Positions 54,339 through 64,000 of a stretch of 64,000 nucleotides of DNA are shown here, one piece after another; the first letter of the stretch is position 1; the number at the start of each line of letters is the position of its first letter. Source of the stretch: Eledone cirrhosa. Its lineage: Eukaryota. A program made the translations under genes and the position numbers. Location of the stretch: positions 115,506,001-115,570,000 of the forward strand of contig OZ024744.1 in assembly GCA_964016885.1 (NCBI GenBank), given 5' to 3'. The notes under the pieces are model-generated. The model was not told the DNA's origin. It made no database searches and was given only the letters and a program-made list of their open reading frames with translations.

Positions 54339-55117
54339 GTGTAATAAGGGGGCAGAGATCACCAACTACTACCACAACCACTACAACTACCACTACTACC
54401 ACAACCACTACAACTACCACTACTAACACAACCACTACAACAGCTAATACAACCACTACTATCACTACAACTAGAATAGTTACAACCACTACAACTACAA
54501 CAGCTACAACCACTACCACTACAACAGCTACAACCACTACTACAACCACTACCACTACAACAACTACAACCACAACCACAGCTACCACCACTACCACTAC
54601 AACAGCTACTACCACTACTACTACAACTGCTACAACTGCTACAACTACTACAACCACTACCACAACAACAACTACAGCCACAATTATAACCACTACCTCT
54701 ACAACAGCTACAACCTCTACCACTACAACTACTACTACTAATACAACCATTACCACAAACACTACCACTACTACAGCTACAACCACTACCACTACAGCTA
54801 CAACCACTACCTCTACTACAGCTACAACCACTACAACAACAACAACTATTACAACTACTACAACCACTACAACAAGTACAACCACTACCACCACAACAAC
54901 TGCTACAACAACAACAACCACTACAACAGCTACAACTATTACAGCTACAATCATAACCACTACTACTACCACTACAACAGCTACTACTATCACTACTACA
55001 GCTACAACCACTACACAACATTTTTTGTAATGTACAACATCAACTTTTCATTTACCAATATTTTGGTATCAGACTCAGGCCAAATTATCTACTCTGGGGT
55101 CCCAAATGATGGGGATG
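54339..55117 (+). CDS. Candidate mucin-like Thr-rich exon (needs a 1-nt correction near 55015)
   Basis: Seen: AG at 54337-54338; open frame VIRGQRSPTTTT... to TAA at 55028-55030; after a 1-nt shift, TTFFVMYNINFSFTNILVSDSGQIIYSGVPNDGD then G|GTATGG. Exon status is inference only. Confidence 0.35.
54362..55020 (+). repeat. Imperfect (ACN)n trinucleotide tract (Thr-codon rich); possibly coding
   Basis: Seen: ACT/ACA/ACC with interspersed GCT, in strict triplet phase for about 220 triplets. Confidence 0.95.
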
Positions 55118-55152
55118 GTATGGAATAAGTGGGGTGTGGGTGGAATAAGTGG

Positions 55153-58100
55153 AGTGCTACATGGTAGTGAGAGATGGGTAGTAAATGTAGAGGATGTGTG
55201 AAGGGTAGATTGTATGATGTCTGTGTATGTTACATGGTAGTGTGACATGGGTAGTAAATGTAGAGGATGTGTGAAGGGTAGATTGTATGATGTCTGTGTT
55301 ACATGGTAGTGAGACATGGGTATTGAATGTAGAGGATGTGTGAAGGGTAGATTGTATGATGTATGTGTTACATGGTAGTGAGACATGGTTATTGAATGTA
55401 GAGGATGTGTGAAGGGTAGATTGTATGATGTCTGTGTATGTTACATGGTAGTGTGACATGGGTAGTTAATATAGAGGATGTGTGAGGGGTAGATTGTATG
55501 ATGTCTGTGTATGTTACATGGTAGTGAGACATGGGTAGTTAATGTAGAGGATGTGTGAAGGGTAGATTGTATGATGTCTATGTATGTTACATGGTAGTGA
55601 GACATAGGTAGTTAATGTAGAGGATGTGTGAAGGGTAGATTGTATGATGTCTGTGAATGTTACATGGTAGTGGGACATGGGTAGTTAATGTAGAGGATGT
55701 GTGAAGGGTAGATTGTATGATGTCTGTGTATGTTACATGGTAGTGAGCCATGGGTAGTTAATGTAGAGGATGCGTGAAGGGTAGATTGTATGATGTCTAT
55801 GTTACATGGTAGTGAGACATGGGTATTGAATGTAGAGGATGTGTGAAGGGTAGATTGTATGATGTCTGTGTTACATGGTAGTGAGACATGGGTATTGAAT
55901 GTAGAGGATGTGTGAAGGGTAGATTGTATGATGTCTGTGTTACATGGTAGTGAGACATGGGTAGTTAATGTAGAGGATGTGTGAAGGGTAGAGTGTATGA
56001 TGTATGTGTATGTTACATGGTAGTGGGCCATGGGTAGGTAATGTAGAGGATGTGTGAAGGGTAGATTGTACGATGTCTATGTTACATGGTAGTGAGACAT
56101 GGGTATTGAATGTAGAGGATGTGTGAAGGGTAGATTGTATGATGTATGTGTATGTTACATGGTAGTGGGACATGGGTAGTTAATGTAGAGGATGTGTGAA
56201 GGGTAGATTGTATGATGTCTATGTTACATGGTAGTGAGACATGGGTATTGAATGTAGAGGATGTGTGAAGGGTAGATTGTATGATGTATGTGTTACATGG
56301 TAGTGAGACATGGTTATTGAATGTAGAGGATGTGTGAAGGGTAGATTGTATGATGTCTGTGTATGTTACATGGTGGTGTGACATGGGTAGTTAATGTAGA
56401 GGATGTGTGAGGGGTAGATTGTATGATGTCTGTGTATGTTACATGGTAGTGAGACATGGGTAGTTAATGTAGAGGATGTGTGAAGGGTAGATTGTATGAT
56501 GTCTATGTTACATGGTAGTGAGACATGGGTAGTTAATGTAGAGGATGTGTGAAGGGTAGATTGTATGATGTCTGTGTATGTTACATGGTAGTGTGACATG
56601 GGTAGTTAATGTAGAGGATGTGTGAATGGTAGATTGTACGATGTCTGTGTATGTTACATGGTAGTTAGACATGGGCAGTTAATATAGAGGATGTGTGAAG
56701 GGTAGATTGTATGATGTCTGTGTATGTTACATGGTAGTGAGCCATGGGTAGTTAATGTAGAGGATGTGTGAAGGGTAGATTGTATGATGTCTGTGTATGT
56801 TACATGGTAGTGAGACATGGGTAGTTAATGTAGAGGATGTGTGAAGGGTAGATTGTATGATGTCTGTGTATGTTACATGGTAGTGAGACATGGGTAGTTA
56901 ATGTAGAGGATGTGTGAAGGGTAGATTGTATGATGTCTGTGTTACATGGTAGTGAGACATGGGTATTGAACGTAGAGGATGTGTGAAGGGTAGATTGTAT
57001 GATGTCTGTGTATGTTACATGGTAGTGGGCCATGGGTAGGTAATGTAGAGGATGCGTGAAGGGTAGATTGCATGATGTCTATGTTACATGGTAGTGAGAC
57101 ATGGGTATTGAATGTAGAGGATGTGTGAAGGGTAGATTGTATGATGTCTGTGTATGTTACATGCTAGTGGGCCATTGGTAGGTAATGTAGAGGATGTGTG
57201 AAGGGTAGATTGTTTGATGGATGTGTTACATGGTAGTGAGACATGTGTAGTTAATGTAGAGGATGTGTGAAGGGTAGATTATATGATATCTGCGTGTGTT
57301 ACATGGTAGTGTGACATGGGTAGTTAATGTAGAGGATGTGTGAAGGGTAGATTGTATGATATCTATGTTACATGGTAGTGAGACATGGGTAGTTAATGTA
57401 GAGGATGTGTGAATGGTAGATTGTATGATGTCTGTGTATGTTACATGGTAGTGTGACATGGGTAGTTAATGTAGAGGATGTGTGAAGGGTAGATTGTATG
57501 ATATCTATGTTACATGGTAGTGAGACATGGGTAGTTAATGTAGAGGATGTGTGAATGGTAGATTGTATGATGTCTGTGTATGTTACATGGTAGTGAGACA
57601 TGGGTAATTAATGTAGAGGATGTGTGAAGGGTAGATTGTATGATGTCTGTGTATGTTACATGGTAGTGTGACATGGGTAGTTAATGTAGAGGATGTGTGA
57701 AGGGTAGATTGTATGATGTCTGTGTATGTTACATGGTAGTGAGACATGGGTAGTTAATGTAGAGGATGTGTGAAGGGTAGATTGTATGATGTTTATGTTA
57801 CATGGTAGTGAGACATGGGTATAGAATGTAGAGGATGTGTGAAGGGTAGATTGTATGATGTCTGTGTATGTTACATGGTAGTGTGACATGGGTAGTTAAT
57901 GTAGAGGATGTGTGAAGGGTAGATTGTATGATGTATGTGTTACATGGTAGTGGGACATAGGTAGTTAATGTAGAGGATGTGTGAAGGGTAGATTGTATGA
58001 TGTCTATGTTACATGGTAGTGAGACATGGGTATTGAATGTAGAGGATGTGTGAAGGGTAGATTGTATGATGTCTGTGTATGTTACATGGTAGTGAGACAT

Positions 58101-61100
58101 GGGTAGTTAATGTAGAGGATGTGTGAAGGGTAGATTGTATGATGTCTGTGTATGTTACATGGTAGTTAGACATGGGTAGTTAATGTAGAGGATGTGTGAA
58201 GGGTAGATTGTAAGATGTCTGTGTATGTTGCATGGTAGTGAGATATGGGTAGTTAATGTAGAGGATGTGTGAAGGGTAGATTGTAAGATGTCTGTGTATG
58301 TTACATGGTAGTGAGACATGGGTAGTTAATGTAGAGGATGTGTGAATGGTAGATTGTAAGATGTCTGTGTATGTTACATGGTAGTTAGACATGGGTAGTT
58401 AATGTAGAGGAAGTGTGAAGGGTAGATTGTAAGATGTCTGTGTATGTTACATGGTAGTGAGACATGGGTAGTTAATGTAGAGGATGTGTGAATGGTAGAT
58501 TGTACGATGTCTGTGTATGTTACATGGTAGTTAGACATGGGCAGTTAATGTAGAGGATGTGTGAAGGGTAGATTGTATGATGTCTGTGTATGTTAGATGG
58601 TAGTGAGCCATGGGTAGTTAATGTAGAGGATGTGTGAAGGGTAGATTGTATGATGTCTATGTTACATGGTAGTGAGACATAGGTAGTTAATGTAGAGGAT
58701 GTGTGAAGGGTAGATTGTATGATGTCTGTGTATGTTACATGGTAGTGAGACATGGGTAGTTAATGTAGAGGATGTGTGAAGGGTAGATTGTATGATGTCT
58801 GTGTATGTTACATGGTAGTTAGACATGGGTAGTTAATGTAGAGGATGTGTGAAGGGTAGATTATATGATGTCTGCGTATGTTACATGGTAGTGTGACATG
58901 GGTAGTTAATGTAGAGGATGTGTGAAGGGTAGATTGTATGATATCTATGTTACATGGTAGTGAGACATGGGTAGTTAATGTAGAGGATGTGTGAATGGTA
59001 GATTGTATGATGTCTGTGTATGTTACATGGTAGTGTGACATGGGTAGTTAATGTAGAGGATGTGTGAAGGGTAGATTGTATGATATCTATGTTACATGGT
59101 AGTGAGACATGGGTAATTAATGTAGAGGATGTGTGAAGGGTAGATTGTATGATGTCTGTGTATGTTACATGGTAGTGTGACATGGGTAGTTAATGTAGAG
59201 GATGTGTGAAGGGTAGATTGTATGATGTCTGTGTATGTTACATGGTAGTGAGACATGGGTAGTTAATGTAGAGGATGTGTGAAGGGTAGATTGTATGATG
59301 TCTATGTTACATGGTAGTGAGACATGGGTATTGAATGTAGAGGATGTGTGAAGGGTAGATTGTATGATGTCTGTGTATGTTACATGGTAGTGAGACATGG
59401 GTAGTTAATGTAGAGGATGTGTGAAGGGTAGATTGTATGATGTCTATGTTACATGGTAGTGAGACATGGGTATTGAATGTAGAGGATGTGTGAAGGGTAG
59501 ATTGTATGATGTCTGTGTATGTTACATGGTAGTGAGACATGGGTAGTTAATGTAGAGGATGTGTGAAGGGTAGATTGTATGATGTCTGTGTATGTTACAT
59601 GGTAGTTAGACATGGGTAGTTAATGTAGAGGATGTGTGAAGGGTAGATTGTAAGGTGTCTGTGTATGTTACATGGTAGTGAGACATGGGTAGTTAATGTA
59701 GACGATGTGTGAATGGTAGATTGTAAGATGTCTGTGTATGTTACATGGTAGTGAGACATGGGTAGTTAATGTAGAGGATGTGTGAATGGTAGATTGTAAG
59801 ATGTCTGTGTATGTTACATGGTAGTTAGACATGGGTAGTTAATGTAGAGGATGTGTGAAGGGTAGATTGTAAGATGTCTGTGTATGTTACATGGTAGTGA
59901 GACATGGGTAGTTAATGTAGAGGATGTGTAAATGGTAGATTGTACGATGTCTGTGTATGTTACATGGTAGTTAGACATGGGCAGTTAATGTAGAGGATGT
60001 GTGAAGGGTAGATTGTATGATGTCTGTGTATGTTAGATGGTAGTGAGCCATGGGTAGTTAATGTAGAGGATGTGTGAAGGGTAGATTGTATGATGTCTAT
60101 GTTACATGGTAGTGAGACATAGGTAGTTAATATAGAGGATGTGTGAAGGGTAGATTGTATGATGTCTGTGTATGTTACATGGTAGTGAGACATGGGTAGT
60201 TAATGTAGAGGATGTGTGAAGGGTAGATTGTATGATGTCTGTGTATGTTACATGGTAGTTAGACATGGGTAGTTAATGTAGAGGATGTGTGAAGGGTAGA
60301 TTGTATGATGTCTGTGTATGTTACATGGTAGTGGGACATGGGTAGTTAATGTAGAGGATGTGTGAAGGGTAGATTGTATGATGTCTGTGTATGTTACATG
60401 GTAGTGAGCCATGGGTAGCTAATGTAGAGGATGTGTGAAGGGTAGATTGTATGATGTCTATGTTACATGGTAGTGAGACATGGGTATTGAATGTAGAGAA
60501 TGTGTGAGGGGTAGATTGTATGATGTCTGTGTATGTTACATGGTAGTGAGACATGTGTAGTTAATGTAGAGGATGTGTGAAGGGTAGATTGTATGATGTC
60601 TATGTTACATGGTAGTGAGACATGGGTATTGAATGTAGAGGATGTGTGAAGGGTAGATTGTATGATGTCTGTGTATGTTACATGGTAGTGTGACATGGGT
60701 AGTTAATGTAGAGGATGTGTGAAGGGTAGATTGTATGATGTATGTGTTACATGGTAGTGGGACATGGTTAGTTAATGTAGAGGATGTGTGAAGGGTAGAT
60801 TGTATGATGTCTATGTTACATGGTAGTGAGACATGGGTTTTGAATGTAGAGGATGTATGAAGGGCAGATTGTATGATGTCTGTGTATGTTACATGGTAGT
60901 GAGACATGGGTAGTTAATGTAGAGGATGTGTGAAGGGTAGATTGTATGATGTCTGTGTATGTTACATGGTAGTTAGACATGGGTAGTTAATGTAGAGGAT
61001 GTGTGAAGGGTAGATTGTAAGATGTCTGTGTATGTTACATGGTAGTGAGACATGGGTAGTTAATGTAGAGGATGTGTGAATGGTAGATTGTAAGATGTCT

Positions 61101-64000
61101 GTGTATGTTACATGGTAGTGAGACATGGGTAGTTAATGTAGAGAATGTGTGAAGGGTAGATTGTATGATATCTGTGTATGTTACATGGTAGTGAGACATG
61201 GGTAGTTAATGTAGAGGATGTGTGAATGGTAGATTGTAAGATGTCTGTGTATGTTGCATGGTAGTGAGATATGGGTAGTTAATGTAGAGGATGTGTGAAG
61301 GGTAGATTGTAAGATGTCTGTGTATGTTACATGGTAGTGAGACATGGGTAGTTAATGTAGAGAATGTGTGAAGGGTAGATTGTATGATATCTGTGTATGT
61401 TACATGGTAGTGAAACATGGGTAGTTAATGTAGAGGATGTGTGAATGGTTGATTGTAAGATGTCTATGTTACATGGTAGTGAGACATGGGTAGTTAATGT
61501 AGAGGATGTGTGAATGGTAGATTGTACGATGTCTGTGTATGTTACATGGTAGTTAGACATGGGCAGTTAATGTAGAGGATGTGTGAAGGGTAGATTGTAT
61601 GATGTCTGTGTATGTTAGATGGTAGTGAGCCATGGGTAGTTAATGTAGAGGATGTGTGAAGGGTAGATTGTATGATGTCTATGTTACATGGTAGTGAGAC
61701 ATAGGTAGTTAATGTAGAGGATGAGTGAAGGGTAGATTGTATGATGTCTGTGTATGTTACATGGTAGTGAGACATGGGTAGTTAATGTAGAGGATGTGTG
61801 AAGGGTAGATTGTATGATGTCTGTGTATGTTACATGGTAGTTAGACATGGGTAGTTAATGTAGAGGATGTGTGAAGGGTAGATTGTATGATGTCTGTGTA
61901 TGTTACATGGTAGTGTGACATGGGTAGTTAATGTAGAGGATGTGTGAGGGTTAGATTGTATGATGTCTGTGTATGTTACATGGTAGTGAGACATGGGTAG
62001 TTAATGTTGAGGATGTGTGAAGGGTAGATTGTATGATGTCTATGTTACATGGTAGTGAGACATGGGTATTGAATGTAGAGGATGTGTGAAGGGTAGATTG
62101 TATGATGTCTGTGTATGTTACATGGTAGTGTGACATGGGTAGTTAATGTAGAGGATGTGTGAAGGGTAGATTGTATGATGTCTGTGTATGTTACATGGTA
62201 GTGAGACATGGGTAGTTAATGTAGAGGATGTGTGAATGGTAGATTGTAAGATGTCTGTGTATGTTGCATGGTAGTGAGATATGGGTAGTTAATGTAGAGG
62301 ATGTGTGAAGGGTAGATTGTAAGATGTCTGTGTATGTTACATGGTAGTGAGACATGGGTAGTTAATGTAGAGGATGTGTGAATGGTAGATTGTAAGATGT
62401 CTGTGTATGTTACATGGTAGTTAGACATGGGTAGTTAATGTAGAGGATGTGTGAAGGGTAGATTGTAAGATGTCTGTGTATGTTACATGGTAGTTAGACA
62501 TGGGCAGTTAATGTAGAGGATGTGTGAAGGGTAGATTGTATGATGTCTGTGTATGTTACATGGTAGTGTGACATGGGTAGTTAATGTAGAGGATGTGTGA
62601 AGGGTAGATTGTATGATGTCTGTGTATGTTACATGGTAGTGAGCCATGGGTAGCTAATGTAGAGGATGTGTGAAGGGTAGATTGTATGATGTCTATGTTA
62701 CATGGTAGTGAGACATGGGTATTGAATGTAGAGGATGTGTGAAGGGTAGATTGTATGATGTCTGTGTATGTTACATGGTAGTGAGACATGGGTAGTTAAT
62801 GTAGAGGATGTGTGAAGGGTAGATTGTATGATGTCTGTGTATGTTACATGGTAGTGTGACATGGGTAGTTAATGAAGAGGATGTGTGAAGGGTAGATTTA
62901 TGATATCTATGTTACATGGTAGTGAGACATGGGTAGTTAATGTAGAGGATGTGTGAATGGTAGATTGTATGATGTCTGTGTATGTTACATGGTAGTGAGA
63001 CATGGGTAATTAATGTAGAGGATGTGTGAAGGGTAGATTGTATGATGTCTGTGTATGTTACATGGTAGTGTGACATGGGTAGTTAATGTAGAGGATGTGT
63101 GAAGGGTAGATTGTATGATGTCTGTGTATGTTACATGGTAGTGAGACATGGGTAGTTAATGTAGAGGATGTGTGAAGGGTAGATTGTATGATGTCTATGT
63201 TACATGGTAGTGAGACATGGGTATTGAATGTAGAGGATGTGTGAAGGGTAGATTGTATGATGTCTGTGTATGTTACATGGTAGTGTGACATGGGTAGTTA
63301 ATGTAGAGGATGTGTGAAGGGTAGATTGTATGATGTATGTGTTACATGGTAGTGGGACATGGTTAGTTAATGTAGAGGATGTGTGAAGGGTAGATTGTAT
63401 GATGTCTATGTTACATGGTAGTGAGACATGGGTATTGAATGTAGAGGATGTGTGAAGGGTAGATTGTATGATGTCTGTGTATGTTACATGGTAGTGAGAC
63501 ATGGGTAGTTAATGTAGAGGATGTGTGAAGGGTAGATTGTATGATGTCTGTGTATGTTACATGGTAGTTAGACATGGGTAGTTAATGTAGAGGATGTGTG
63601 AAGGGTAGATTGTAAGATGTCTGTGTATGTTACATGGTAGTGAGACATGGGTAGTTAATGTAGAGGATGTGTGAATGGTAGATTGTAAGATGTCTGTGTA
63701 TGTTACATGGTAGTGAGACATGGGTAGTTAATGTAGAGAATGTGTGAAGGGTAGATTGTATGATATCTGTGTATGTTACATGGTAGTGAGACATGGGTAG
63801 TTAATATAGAGGATGTGTGAATGGTAGATTGTAAGATGTCTGTGTATGTTGCATGGTAGTGAGATATGGGTAGTTAATGTAGAGGATGTGTGAAGGGTAG
63901 ATTGTAAGATGTCTGTGTATGTTACATGGTAGTGGGACATGGGTAGTTAATGTAGAGGATGTGTGAATGGTAGATTGTAAGATGTCTGTGTATGTTACAT
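55153..64000 (+). repeat. 73/69-bp satellite array (~120 copies, continues past window end) derived from RTE C-terminal coding sequence
   Basis: Seen: GTTACATGGTAGTGAGACATGGGTAGTTAATGTAGAGGATGTGTGAAGGGTAGATTGTATGATGTCTGTGTAT (73 bp) and 4-nt-shorter variants. Plus strand spells LHGSETWVVNVEDV and VKGRLYDVCV. Confidence 0.97.

Noticed and set aside
54316-55021. Poly-Val (231 aa) and Cys/Ser-rich metallothionein- or keratin-like (220 aa) ORFs
   Set aside because: Antisense frames of an ACN tract that are stop-free by composition.
55075-63502. Minus-strand MSHYHVTY... ORFs
   Set aside because: Antisense readings of the 73/69-bp satellite; the meaningful homology is on the plus strand and is interrupted.

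Overview
Eukaryotic, repeat-dominated window with no intact gene. The SINE, MITE and LINE 3' sequences match repeats I recall from Octopus genomes, so a cephalopod origin is inferred but unchecked. About 90% is tandem DNA: a ~700-copy 59-bp satellite (1-42.3 kb), a ~128-copy 54-bp array (45.6-52.5 kb), a ~15-copy 48-bp array (52.9-53.6 kb) and a ~120-copy 73/69-bp array (55.15 kb to the end). Between them lie decayed RTE-clade LINE fragments of two lineages, one young 5'-truncated RTE inserted in the 59-bp array, a tRNA-derived SINE and a Thr-codon tract. The main observation is that the satellites are amplified pieces of the RTE LINE itself. The 54-mer comes from the endonuclease domain, the 73/69-mer from the C-terminal KGRLYDAC..LHGSETW motif, and the 48-mer from the 3' UTR. 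The 59-mer may be an older derivative of the same C-terminal motif. Secondary leads are a candidate mucin-like exon and a pre-miRNA-like hairpin. All alignments and copy numbers were done by eye.
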